A stretch of DNA of 64,000 nt from an uncultured Gemmatimonadales bacterium (GCA_963825055.1 CAWGSK010000009.1:1-64000); one strand, 5' to 3'. Numbered from the stretch's first letter, positions 1 to 9,120 are shown. The notes: generated by a model from the sequence alone, not told the origin. Program-made: numbers and translations.

Positions 1-6
1 TCTCCA

Positions 7-1626
7 TCACGCGAGCGTGAAAAGATCCAGTGCTTCCGCGTGCGCGTCCGCGAAGCCCCGTGAATCAAGTGCCAACCCCGCTTCCCCGGGGGAAAACGCC
101 GCATCCTCGAGAAAGGTGCGCAGCGGTCCGTTGCGATCGGTCGGCGCGAAGGCAAACCGCAGGTCCCCACCTCCCTGCTGCGCCAGCCACACGAGGAACG
201 CGTACTCCACCCGCCGCTGGAAGACCCGGCAGGACATGACGAGCGACTCGACCACGCCCTCCGCCGAGAGAAGGCAGGAGAGGATCTCACCATGCTGGCC
301 GTGCCGGTCCTCGAGGCTCGCGGTGTAGAGGCGCCCACCCGACGCCAGGATCGCCCCGACCTCCTCGTCACTCACCCGGCGGCCGTTCAGGTTGAACTGG
401 TTGGTCTTGTTGATGAGCTGCACGGCCCGCGCCCGGTCCCCCGTGGAACGGTCATGAATCGTAAGCCGCATGCGCAAGTCCTTCAGGAACGCCGTCAGGT
501 CGGCACCCGCAACGTCGCTCGGGACCATGCCGGCGAGGCGGCGGCGATACATCTCCGTGCGCTCCCGGTCTTCCGCGGTCACCGACCGCCGCGGGAAGAA
601 GGCGGTGATCCGCTGGAGCAGCGCCGGCAGGCCCTCGTCCCGCCCGGGAAACTCGATCGCATGCACCTCCGGGAGCTGCGCCGCCACCTCGGCGAGCTCC
701 ACGGGGTTGTCATCCACGAACACGAAGGCGTCGAGGCCCAGGTTGAGCTGGCTCGCCAGTTCCCGGATCTGGGCCGACTTCGCATGGTAGCTCGCCACGA
801 TCGCGACGAACTGCTCCTCCCGGAGCCGCATCCCCCCGCCCCGGAACGGCTGGAGGGCCACCTCAGGGTCGTTGCGGCTCACCGCCGCCAGCAGCACGCC
901 CTCCGCCTCGAGGCGCGCGAGGAGGGTCTGGTAAATGAAGTGCCGGTACCCCGCCCCCTCGGCGCCGAAGGCGATGCCCTCCATCCCGTCCTCCCCAATG
1001 ACACCCGACCACATCACGTTGTCGAGATCGGTCACCAGCACCTTGGCCGGCACCGGCTCGCTCCCCGTCGCCATCGCCACGATGGCCCCCGCCACAGCGC
1101 CCAGCGACGCACCGGCCACCGGACACCCGCTCGCGAGGTAGGTGCCCAGCGCAAAGGCGGAGGGGTCCAGCAGGCGCGCCCCGAGTCCGAGTGCCAGATG
1201 CTCGAGCCAGAGATCGAGGGCACGGTTGTCGTCGGGATGGCCCAGCAGGGGAGGCAACGGCGCAGGAAGGTAGAGCAGGCGCGCCCCCCGGCGCCCGAGC
1301 CGGGCGGCAACTTCCGACGCCCGCTCCCGCAGGCCGTCCAGGTCCGAGGCCCCCGAGGGCAGCCCGCTCCGCCAGTCGGCCTCGGGCAGCAAGTCCCAGG
1401 GCAGGAGCAGGAACACCTCGACGCCATCGCCCGCGGGAGTCAGCAACGCCTGGCCCAGTGTCCCGAACGGGAGGGTCCTGACCTCCACGCTCCGATTCCG
1501 GAGCGCGCCCGCCGCCTTCAGGAAGAGCTGCAGCGGGTCGGGCGTCCCGGACATCGCCAGGAGGAACGGGAGCGGCTCCCCGCCCCCGAAGCCGGACACG
1601 ATGCGGCGCGCCTCGAGGAAGTTCAT
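7..1626 (-). CDS. FkbH-like HAD-IIIC family phosphatase / glyceryl-ACP synthase
   Basis: Motifs VTDLDNVMWSGVIGEDG, FVDDNPVE, QLINKTNQFNL and MSCRVFQR. Start MNFLEARR overlaps the ACP stop. The upstream part of the 675-aa ORF is repeat-derived. Confidence 0.9.
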   Translation of the reverse strand: MNFLEARRIVSGFGGGEPLPFLLAMSGTPDPLQLFLKAAGALRNRSVEVRTLPFGTLGQALLTPAGDGVEVFLLLPWDLLPEADWRSGLPSGASDLDGLRERASEVAARLGRRGARLLYLPAPLPPLLGHPDDNRALDLWLEHLALGLGARLLDPSAFALGTYLASGCPVAGASLGAVAGAIVAMATGSEPVPAKVLVTDLDNVMWSGVIGEDGMEGIAFGAEGAGYRHFIYQTLLARLEAEGVLLAAVSRNDPEVALQPFRGGGMRLREEQFVAIVASYHAKSAQIRELASQLNLGLDAFVFVDDNPVELAEVAAQLPEVHAIEFPGRDEGLPALLQRITAFFPRRSVTAEDRERTEMYRRRLAGMVPSDVAGADLTAFLKDLRMRLTIHDRSTGDRARAVQLINKTNQFNLNGRRVSDEEVGAILASGGRLYTASLEDRHGQHGEILSCLLSAEGVVESLVMSCRVFQRRVEYAFLVWLAQQGGGDLRFAFAPTDRNGPLRTFLEDAAFSPGEAGLALDSRGFADAHAEALDLFTLA

Positions 1627-1868
1627 GCCCCCGGGGCCCCCTGCTCCGCCAGCAGTTTCTCGGTGTCGGCGTAGCTGGTCATGCGCAGCGACTGCGCCGC
1701 GTCGATGTTCACGCCGAACTCGCTCTCGATGGCGGCGATGAGCGAGACGTGCGCGAGCGAGTCCCACGCCTCGGACTGCCCCTGCCTGAGGCCGGTGACG
1801 TCGGCCCCGTCCGGGAGCTCGAAGACGGCGCGGAAAATGTCCTGCAGCAGGTTGGTACGTTCGGTCAT
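1623..1868 (-). CDS. Acyl carrier protein
   Basis: 81 aa, acidic, with WDSLAH phosphopantetheine site; adjacent to the FkbH-like gene. Confidence 0.9.
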   Translation of the reverse strand: MTERTNLLQDIFRAVFELPDGADVTGLRQGQSEAWDSLAHVSLIAAIESEFGVNIDAAQSLRMTSYADTEKLLAEQGAPGA

Positions 1869-1887
1869 GCGGTCTTCCGGTCAGGTG

Positions 1888-2080
1888 TCGGGAGTCGGGA
1901 GTCGGGAGTTCGGGTATCGGGTATCGGGTATCGGGTATCGGGTATCGGGTATCGGGTATCGGGTATCGGGTATCGGGTATCGGGTATCGGGTATCGGGTA
2001 TCGGGTATCGCGAAGGTACTACCCACCCATGCACTAATCACTAATCACTAATCACTAGTCACTAGTCACTAATCACCAAT
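1888..2080. repeat. Bipartite repeat element: (TCGGGAG)x3 + (CGGGTAT)x14, spacer, (CACTA[A/G]T)x7
   Basis: Read directly: left arm 1888-2008, right arm 2032-2080. The right arm overlaps the 3' end of the gene at 2062. Confidence 0.95.
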
Positions 2081-3036
2081 CTCTTCACGCGCCTCGCCTC
2101 CCGCTTGCGACGGACCAGGTCCACCGCCCACTGGTACTGCATCCGCCGCCACTCGGCCCGGGGCAGGCGCTCGGCGGTACGCCGGTCGCGGAGCCAGTCG
2201 AGCAACTCCCCCACGGTGGGGAACCAGCCAGGACGGCGCCCCAGCATTTCCAAGCGCTCGCGGGTCAGGGGATGCACCCCCCCAGGCCCGGCGAAGCCCT
2301 TGCCCAGGTGCGTCGCGACGATGCAGAGCCCGCCCTCGGCCTCGAGCCGCTCCTGATTCTCCGGACGGAGCAACTCGTTGAACTCGTGCACGCCCTCGGC
2401 GTCGCTCCCGCTGAACCACCACTCGACGAGCGGCCGCCGCGGATCACGGTAGGGCATGGACGGGTTGATCCGGAGCAGGTTGATCTCGTTGAAGGTGAGG
2501 TTCCGCCCGTAGGTGATGTGCTCCCGGGCGAGGTCGCCCCACCACCACGGCGAGCCCTCAACGTGGCCCTGGAAATGATCCGGGCCCAGCCCCGCCAGCC
2601 GCCCGAACAATACGCGCAGCAGGGGAAAATCGAAGCGGTTGCCGCCCCAGTACAGGTTCTCGCGGTTGTAGCTGTGGTTGACGTGAATCCGGGGGTGGTG
2701 CCCGAAGAGACCGTGGAAGCGCTCCAGCGCCGCCTCGGTCCGCTCCCGCCGGCTCGACTCCATGGTGGCGCCGTGCCAGGTGATCTCGAACCCCCGGCGC
2801 GCGAGATCCACCACGAACTCGCGGTATGCCGGGTCCTCCAGCGTCTCGGACAAGGAGAAGTTCTTGCTCCCTTCGGGGCACGCCACGGGCCAGACGGTCT
2901 TGGTGGTCCGCATCCCCAGCTCCTCGAAGAGCCGGTAGATGGGCCGGACGTTCTCCAGCGTGGCGACGTCGGTGTCGTCAATGACCGTAAAGGCGAAGCG
3001 CTTTCCATCGGGCCACGGATGAGTCGGTGGGGTCAC
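2062..3036 (-). CDS. Polysaccharide deacetylase-like protein (NodB/CE4 fold)
   Basis: FAFTVIDDTD and GFEITWHG motifs; EPS-locus context. Confidence 0.7.
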   Translation of the reverse strand: MTPPTHPWPDGKRFAFTVIDDTDVATLENVRPIYRLFEELGMRTTKTVWPVACPEGSKNFSLSETLEDPAYREFVVDLARRGFEITWHGATMESSRRERTEAALERFHGLFGHHPRIHVNHSYNRENLYWGGNRFDFPLLRVLFGRLAGLGPDHFQGHVEGSPWWWGDLAREHITYGRNLTFNEINLLRINPSMPYRDPRRPLVEWWFSGSDAEGVHEFNELLRPENQERLEAEGGLCIVATHLGKGFAGPGGVHPLTRERLEMLGRRPGWFPTVGELLDWLRDRRTAERLPRAEWRRMQYQWAVDLVRRKREARRVKRLVISD

Positions 3037-4190
3037 AGGGCCTCGTCGGCGTCGCCGTCACCCCGGGTCACCAGCCAGTCCGACAGCGCGTCGGGCAGGC
3101 CGCAGGACCCATCGGGGTCACGCTGAAGAAGATGGATATTGCCCGGGAGCTTCACCCAGCCCCGCCGCACCATCTGGCGGAGCATGTCGCCATGGGACAT
3201 GGTGCCGAGAATCGCATCGGCGCCATCCCGCCGGGCCTCCCGGTCCACTCGCCGCAGAAGTGCCTGCAGGACGTCGGCCCGGGCAGGGTCGGCCACCAGT
3301 TCGGAAAGTACGGCAAGGCGTATGCCCTTGAGCCGCGGGTCGCCCGCGTCACGCGGACGGCGGAGGACGGCGATGCCGGCAAGCCGGGCGCCCTCGCGGG
3401 CCGTCACCAGGCGGTATCCCCCGTCCACGCTCCAGTCGTACCGCCAGCCAAGGTACCGGGCATCCCGCACGGCCGCGGCGCGGAAGGAGTCCCTCACCTC
3501 TTCCCAGAGCCGGTCCAGCTCGGCGGCCTCCGCCAGCGTCCCGGTCTCGATACGCCGCCCGGCAATGGCTACGGGAGTGCGGGCGACCGCCATGGCCGCC
3601 TTGCCCGTCAGCCCGACGAGCGGAGCGAGCCGGGCCCGCCTCCCGGCCGCGACGGCTCGCGGCAACCATGATGGCAGCCCGCCGAGGCCCAGGGCATCCA
3701 GGTCCAGCCGGGCGAAGAGCCGCCCGGGTTCGAGTACGCGGAGGCGATTGGGAATTGCGCCGAGGTCGGCAAACTTGAGTGCCCCGAAGAGGCGGCGGGC
3801 CGGTGACGCGGCCGCAATGGAGAACGCAGGGCCGAGGTGCTTCATCGCTTCCTTCAGCACCATGAACCCGATGGGCCCGTTCCGGTGTTCGGGGAGCACC
3901 ATGAGCCCCTTCATCCAGTGCACCCGCCGTTCCGCGCCATGGCTCCACAGCCGTCCGGCGATGGTGCTGACGTAGCCCAGGACCTTTCCGTCAGACAGCC
4001 AGAGAAACGTCGGCGGTTCCTCTCCGCCGGACGCGGGGTTCGTCTCCGCCTCGCGCGCGCGGGACTCGCGGACGCGCTGCTCCGTGGATCCCGGGCTCCA
4101 GGTGGCCCGGAAGAACTCGGCCATGGCGGCGGCATGCTCCGGCCCGGCGCGCACGACCTCCACCTCCGGCTTGCGGGCCGTCCCGCTCAT
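3033..4190 (-). CDS. GNAT family N-acetyltransferase
   Basis: LMVLPEHRNGPIG acetyl-CoA-binding motif and RDARYLGWRY; overlaps both neighbours. Confidence 0.7.
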   Translation of the reverse strand: MSGTARKPEVEVVRAGPEHAAAMAEFFRATWSPGSTEQRVRESRAREAETNPASGGEEPPTFLWLSDGKVLGYVSTIAGRLWSHGAERRVHWMKGLMVLPEHRNGPIGFMVLKEAMKHLGPAFSIAAASPARRLFGALKFADLGAIPNRLRVLEPGRLFARLDLDALGLGGLPSWLPRAVAAGRRARLAPLVGLTGKAAMAVARTPVAIAGRRIETGTLAEAAELDRLWEEVRDSFRAAAVRDARYLGWRYDWSVDGGYRLVTAREGARLAGIAVLRRPRDAGDPRLKGIRLAVLSELVADPARADVLQALLRRVDREARRDGADAILGTMSHGDMLRQMVRRGWVKLPGNIHLLQRDPDGSCGLPDALSDWLVTRGDGDADEAL

Positions 4191-5413
4191 GCCGCCATCC
4201 TGCCACGCTTCGCGAGCCAGCTCCGCAACGCGTCGAGATCGCGCGGTTCAAGTTTCCCGTGCACCGGCAGGGTGAACAGGCGGGCACAGATCTCCTCAGC
4301 GCCATGCCACGGGCCGCCGTCCTCCAGCCGCATGAATCCGGGCAGGCGGTGCAGCGGGAGGGGATAGCCCGGCATGACACCGAGGCGCTCGCCGTCGGGG
4401 TCGAGCTGGAACCGTGCGCCCTTGGGGGCGAGCACGGGCAGCCGGAGCCAGCCGGGTTCCGCGCGCTGCAACGGACGGACGGCTGTGAAGCCGCTCTGCT
4501 CGATTGCCGGCATGAGCGCCCGCACGTTGGAACGCCGTCGCGTGGCCTCGGCTTCCATTTCGGGCCAGGTCTCCCGGAGAATGCCGGCCTGCGCCGGGGC
4601 CATCGTCTCCACCGGATGCGGGTGGTGGTACGGGGTCTCGCCAAGCTTCAGGAAGGGCAGCGAGGCGGGAATGCCGTATACGCGCGGCCGGGCGAGCATC
4701 CACTGGGCGGCCGCACGGGCGAGCGCGTTGCTGCCCTTCCCCGAGGGCGCGACGAGACGCCGCACCCGGTCCAGCCTCGCTGCCCCCTTCGCATCGCCGG
4801 CCAGGAGCGCGCCGCCTCCGCTGCCGGTCAGCCCCTTGCCCCGCCCGAAGCTCAGCACGGCGAGGGAGCCGAACACGCCGAGCGGCTGCCCCGCCAGCGA
4901 CCCACCGACCGCCTGGGCGGCATCCTCGATCAGCAGGACGTCACGCGCGGCGGCCTGTTCGCGGATGTTGAGGATGTCCGCCGCCATGCCGAAGTAATGC
5001 ACCACGACCACCCCATCCACGCCCTCGTCCAGCACTCCTGCGAGTGACGACTGGTCGGGGCCGAGGGTGGCAGGATCCAGGTCGTACAGGCGCACGCGCG
5101 CCCCCGCCATGTCGGCGGCCGTGGCGAGGTCGTAACACCCCCAGGCGGGAAGCGCGATCCGCGCGGGTACTTCGCCGCACCAGTCGCGATCGGACCCGAT
5201 GGACGGCGCGCTCTTACCGGCGGCGCACATGGCAAGGGCCAGCGCCGAGGTGCCGCTGTCCACCAGCAGCGCATCCTCCGGATGGTAGCGCGCATCGATC
5301 AGGCGGCGGACGTCGCGGAGTGGCTCGCCCGCGCCGAGCAGGGCCCCCGCCCCGGCCACGAGGGCGCGGCGGGGGAGCGGTGACCAGACGGGCAGCTGGC
5401 GGCGGAGCTTCAC
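4187..5413 (-). CDS. DegT/DnrJ/EryC1/StrS family PLP-dependent aminotransferase
   Basis: DSGTSAL, IEDAAQA and LSFGRGK motifs. GTG start overlaps the upstream TGA. Confidence 0.85.
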   Translation of the reverse strand: MKLRRQLPVWSPLPRRALVAGAGALLGAGEPLRDVRRLIDARYHPEDALLVDSGTSALALAMCAAGKSAPSIGSDRDWCGEVPARIALPAWGCYDLATAADMAGARVRLYDLDPATLGPDQSSLAGVLDEGVDGVVVVHYFGMAADILNIREQAAARDVLLIEDAAQAVGGSLAGQPLGVFGSLAVLSFGRGKGLTGSGGGALLAGDAKGAARLDRVRRLVAPSGKGSNALARAAAQWMLARPRVYGIPASLPFLKLGETPYHHPHPVETMAPAQAGILRETWPEMEAEATRRRSNVRALMPAIEQSGFTAVRPLQRAEPGWLRLPVLAPKGARFQLDPDGERLGVMPGYPLPLHRLPGFMRLEDGGPWHGAEEICARLFTLPVHGKLEPRDLDALRSWLAKRGRMAA

Positions 5414-6429
5414 GGGATGTAGCGGACGATCCGTCCGCCGAGGGCGGTGGCCAGCGGCACGGGGAGCTTCTTCCAGAGCCGGGGGCCCCAGGCCCATGCG
5501 CCCTGGTCCGGCGACGGCGTGGCTGCTTCGGCCTCCGCGGCGGACTGGTACCAGTGCAGCTGTTCATCGCGCGAGCCCCACTGCCGCTTGAACCGGTGGG
5601 TACCGCCTCCGGGCGTGCACCGCCCGAAGTTGAAGACCGTTGCGCCGGCCTCCGACGCGCGCTCCATGAATGACCAGTAGAGCAGCATGTTGGGCGCGAT
5701 CCGGTTGTACTCCGAGAGCGCGGAGGCCCAGGTCATCTCGAACTCGTCATGCCACCGGAATCCGGCGCCGCAGGCGACGGGCCTGCCTTCGTACCAGGCA
5801 CAGCCGAACCATGCGTCGTCCGGGAAGGCAGCGGCGATCGCCTCGAAGAGCGCCCTGGGCTGGGCGGGTGTGCCAAGGTCGCGCATGTGGCGGCTGAAGA
5901 CCTCGTAGAACGGCGCCACCTGATCCGGACCGAAGCGCACCTCCGCCCCCTCCTTCATGGGCCGCCGGACCTGGCTCCTGACCTTGGCGGGAAGGGCTTT
6001 CCAGAGTGCTTCGCTGCCCCCGGCCATGTCGAGCAGGACGGTGATCTTGCGGTGGGAGACCGGCAGGTCGAGCGGGAGTGGTATCCTGCTCCGGAGCTCC
6101 AGGAGTTTCACGCCGTCCCGGGTCGCCATGTCCGTCGCGTACGCGGCGAGCGCGCGCACGGCCTCGTCCCCGCCGAGTGGACCGCCGTAATTCAGGAAAG
6201 GCATCGAGACGATGTAATGGCCGAAGACAAGGCTCTTCACCCGCACCAGCGGGAGCACTCCCGCCAGCCGGCCGTCGGAGCGCGCGGCGAGGTAGATACA
6301 CTCGTGCCCGTGCACTTCCTCGAGCACCTGCCTCCAGCCATAACGATGAAAGTGGGTAAAGCCGGGCTGCGCGGCGGCGAAGGAATCCCACTCGTGCGCC
6401 GGGCCCCGGAAGGGCTCGATCTCAGCCAT
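5410..6429 (-). CDS. FemAB-related protein, PEP-CTERM/XrtA polysaccharide system
   Basis: SMPFLNYGG, MRDLGTP, APNMLLYW, FNFGR and FKRQWG motifs. Confidence 0.9.
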   Translation of the reverse strand: MAEIEPFRGPAHEWDSFAAAQPGFTHFHRYGWRQVLEEVHGHECIYLAARSDGRLAGVLPLVRVKSLVFGHYIVSMPFLNYGGPLGGDEAVRALAAYATDMATRDGVKLLELRSRIPLPLDLPVSHRKITVLLDMAGGSEALWKALPAKVRSQVRRPMKEGAEVRFGPDQVAPFYEVFSRHMRDLGTPAQPRALFEAIAAAFPDDAWFGCAWYEGRPVACGAGFRWHDEFEMTWASALSEYNRIAPNMLLYWSFMERASEAGATVFNFGRCTPGGGTHRFKRQWGSRDEQLHWYQSAAEAEAATPSPDQGAWAWGPRLWKKLPVPLATALGGRIVRYIP

Positions 6430-7298
6430 CAGGCCGGGAGCGCGGCGGGGATGGTGGTATCGAAACCGCCGCCATGGCCGAAACAGCGCGCGACGGAGGT
6501 GAAGCGGAAGTCGGAGAGCAGCCGCTCGAGCCGGGGAACGGTCCGGTCGAGGCCGCGGTAATGCCGGACCCGCGTGAGGGGGCCCACCGGGAGCCGCGGC
6601 TGGTCGGGATCGAGTTCCCAGGGGTGGATGTAGAACATGCCGGACTGCCCGGCCCGCTCGATCTGGCGGAAGGCGCGACGGGTGACGGCATACGGGAACT
6701 GCCGGAAGTACCCGCCCCCCGCCGCGGGGAGCCGGAAGCCGGGGAGCTGGAGCACCGCGGGGGGCAGTTCCAGAAGCTTGCCCGCGGGCCGGGTAATGGT
6801 GTGCGGGACGGTCGGTGCCGAAGGGTAGCCGTAGCCCGGGCGCCGGATCGGGAAGAGGCTCGAGTCGTACCGGAAGCCCTCCTCCACCAGCACGTCGAGC
6901 GCCCACTCCCGTCCGGGCACGATGGAAAAGCTGGGCGCGCGGAATCCGACCACGGGCTGTCCGGAGACGTCCTCGAGAGCCGCCTTGCTGCGCCGGAGGT
7001 CGTCCCGGAAGCTTTCGGGGTCCAGCGTGGTGATCCGGCGGTGCCAGTAGCTGTGCGAAGCGACTTCATGCCCGGCGGCCACGATCCGACGGACCACGTC
7101 CGGGTGCCGGTGCGCCACCCAGCCCAGCGTGAAGAACGTGCCCAGCGCGTCATGCCGCGCGAGCAGGTCCAGCAGGAGGTCCAGCCCGATGTCGATGCGC
7201 GGGGCGTACTCGCCCCACGCTTCGCGACGGACCACGCCCTCGAATGCATTGACGTGGAAGTAGTCCTCGACATCGACCGTAAAACAGTGGTGGGGCAT
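6429..7298 (-). CDS. Polysaccharide deacetylase, PEP-CTERM locus subfamily (DUF3473)
   Basis: FTVDVEDYFHV, GHEVASHSY, GFRAPSFSI and YIHPWELDPDQPR motifs. Confidence 0.92.
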   Translation of the reverse strand: MPHHCFTVDVEDYFHVNAFEGVVRREAWGEYAPRIDIGLDLLLDLLARHDALGTFFTLGWVAHRHPDVVRRIVAAGHEVASHSYWHRRITTLDPESFRDDLRRSKAALEDVSGQPVVGFRAPSFSIVPGREWALDVLVEEGFRYDSSLFPIRRPGYGYPSAPTVPHTITRPAGKLLELPPAVLQLPGFRLPAAGGGYFRQFPYAVTRRAFRQIERAGQSGMFYIHPWELDPDQPRLPVGPLTRVRHYRGLDRTVPRLERLLSDFRFTSVARCFGHGGGFDTTIPAALPA

Positions 7299-7313
7299 GG
7301 AGATAAAGATAAT

Positions 7314-7424
7314 GGCGGTCGGGCGGTCGGGCGGTCGGGCGGTCGGGCGGTCGGGCGGTCGGGCGGTCGGGCGGTCGGGCGGTCGGGCGGTCGGGCGGTC
7401 GGGCGGTCGGGCGGTCGGGCGGTC
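7314..7424. repeat. Octamer tandem array (GGCGGTCG)x~14, left arm of the four-helix-bundle element
   Basis: 13 perfect units plus 7 of 8 bases of a 14th. Confidence 0.97.
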
Positions 7425-7471
7425 CGAAGCTGTGTTGCCGGTGCGTTGAGAGCAATGGCCCACGTTGGCAA

Positions 7472-7828
7472 ATGCGCTACGAGAACCTCGCCGCCTGGCA
7501 GAACTGCCACCGACTGGTCCTGTCCGTCTATGAAGCCTCACGCACATGGCCGACAGACGAGCGTTACGGCCTGACTTCCCAGGTCCGCCGGGCTGCGGTA
7601 TCTGCGGCGGCCAACATCGTCGAAGGCGCATCGCGGCGTGGTTCTCGTGAATTCCGGCGTTTCCTGGACATTTCCCGAGGCTCCCTCGCCGAACTGACCT
7701 ACCTTCTTTGTCTGGCGAAGGAACTAGGCTACCTCACGCCGGGTGAAGCCGCGAAGATTGAACCACTGCGAGAGCAGGCAAGCAAGCTGACATGGGGACT
7801 TTATGATTCGATGAAAGAAGGCAAATGA
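7472..7828 (+). CDS. Four-helix-bundle protein (TIGR02436 / 23S rRNA IVP / Avd-like family)
   Basis: YENLAAWQ, WPTDERYGLTSQVRRAAVSAAANIVEG and FLDISRGSLAEL signature; 118 aa; opposite strand to all neighbours. Confidence 0.93.
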   Translation: MRYENLAAWQNCHRLVLSVYEASRTWPTDERYGLTSQVRRAAVSAAANIVEGASRRGSREFRRFLDISRGSLAELTYLLCLAKELGYLTPGEAAKIEPLREQASKLTWGLYDSMKEGK

Positions 7829-7850
7829 AAATGTGCGCGTCAGATCTCTT

Positions 7851-7920
7851 CTGTCCGCCTGCCCGCCTGCCCGCCTGTCCGCCTGTCCGCCTGCCCGCCT
7901 GTCCGCCCTGTCCGCCCTGC
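7851..7920. repeat. Octamer tandem array (CTG[T/C]CCGC)x~8, right arm of the four-helix-bundle element
   Basis: Read directly; the reverse complement is the GGCGG[A/G]CA family also seen at 21654 and 52520. Confidence 0.9.
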
Positions 7921-8069
7921 TTACGTCCGCCCTGCCACGTGCGCGCCGATGGCGCGCTCGTGGCGAACGGGCGACACGGGGCAGTGGGGAGCGTCGGTGG
8001 AGCCGGTCTGGAGAGTACCCGGCCGTCAGCGGCTCACTACAGTACCCCGTGCGCACCGTTCATGACTCA

Positions 8070-8148
8070 GGCGGTCGGGCGGTCAGGCGGTCGGGCGGTC
8101 GGCATGAATGGGGCTACTGACCGCCGGTCCGCCGGTCCGCCCGTCCGA
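8070..8148. repeat. Bipartite element (GGCGGTC[G/A])x4 ... (CGGTCCGC-like)x4
   Basis: Left arm 8070-8101, right arm 8117-8148. The right arm encodes the C-terminus of PEP-CTERM paralog 1. Confidence 0.85.
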
Positions 8149-8872
8149 CTGCCCTGCGGCGCATCATCCCTGCCCCACCCATCCCTGCCAGTCCCGTCGC
8201 GAGCAGCGTCATCGTAATCGGCTCCGGGGTCGCGTAGGTGCTGCAGCGGCCCTCCTGGAGGCAGGTACCCGTCCAGAACTCGGTGTACTGCCCGGTATCG
8301 TCGGTCGCACGGACGATGATCTCGCTCCGCGCCGGGTCCCAGCCGCCTCCGTTGACCTTGAACTGGAAGGTCACCCAGCCGGGGCCGCCGAGGTTGTTGC
8401 ACGGGGACTGGTAGAGAGTAGGGTCGCCGCCCCAGGCGGAGATCTGACCGCAGCCGCTCGAGATGCCGGCGCTCTGGCTGGATCCGTCGGGGGCCGCGTA
8501 GTCCAGCGCGAAGGCGTTCGGCCCGATGTTCTTCACGTACCAGCTGCCGGGTGTGTGTCCGGAGGCGGCGGGGCCGGATCCGCCGGTCCAGCCGGCGACG
8601 GCGGTTACGCCTGCTGGCACGTTGTAGAACCCGATGCCGCGCAGGAGGGAGAACGCGGGCGTCTGCTGCCCGGTGACGCCGGCATTGCCCGAAAGGTTCC
8701 AGACCCGCACGGTGACGTCGGGTCCGGCGACGGTGATCTCGACGGCCGCGCAGGTGATGAACGAGTCACCCCCGCACAGGCGGTAGGAGCGGAACCCATC
8801 CGCCCTCGCCACCGATGGCAGGAGCGGCACGAGGGCCGTCGCGAGGATGAGGACTGCTGCTGTGCGCTTCAT
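8114..8872 (-). CDS. PEP-CTERM sorting domain protein (paralog 1)
   Basis: Signal peptide ending VARA, then DGFRSYRLCGG; C-terminal TPEPITMTLLATGLAGMGG-RRR. Confidence 0.9.
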   Translation of the reverse strand: MKRTAAVLILATALVPLLPSVARADGFRSYRLCGGDSFITCAAVEITVAGPDVTVRVWNLSGNAGVTGQQTPAFSLLRGIGFYNVPAGVTAVAGWTGGSGPAASGHTPGSWYVKNIGPNAFALDYAAPDGSSQSAGISSGCGQISAWGGDPTLYQSPCNNLGGPGWVTFQFKVNGGGWDPARSEIIVRATDDTGQYTEFWTGTCLQEGRCSTYATPEPITMTLLATGLAGMGGAGMMRRRAVGRADRRTGGQ

Positions 8873-8934
8873 CGTTCGACTCCCGGGGAAGGGACTCGGG
8901 GGCGGCCCGGAGTGCCGGCCACGCCATACGGAGA

Positions 8935-8950
8935 AGCATGTTGCGGGCCA
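8935..8950 (-). promoter_or_regulatory. Putative sigma54 (-24/-12) promoter TGGCCCGCAACATGCT
   Basis: Exact GG-N10-GC spacing upstream of paralog 1; IHF-like CAACGACTTA on the minus strand near 8974-8983. Confidence 0.7.
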
Positions 8951-9120
8951 GAATGGCGCTGGAGCCAGGCCTGTAAGTCGTTGTCCAGTTGAAACTTAGT
9001 TCGTGCAGATTACTGCGCTGGCTGTGATGATCTCAGTCTTGTTGCAGGGTTGCCGCAGCGGGGGTCCTGAAGCGTTGTCACTCGACACCAGACGGCGGCC
9101 GGCGGCCCCCGCGAAAACAG

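Noticed and set aside
1627..2034. N-terminal (PIPDTRY)n extension of the 675-aa ORF, and other repeat-peptide ORFs ([23 protein letters not shown])
   Set aside because: These are translations of stop-free repeat arrays; the true starts lie downstream.
7455..7470. Sigma54 promoter for the four-helix-bundle gene (TGGCCCACGTTGGCA)
   Set aside because: GG-to-GC spacing is 9 rather than 10, and it is too close to the ATG.
7472..7828. Diversity-generating retroelement or 23S rRNA intervening sequence
   Set aside because: No reverse transcriptase, template/variable repeat pair or rRNA sequence was seen in the window.
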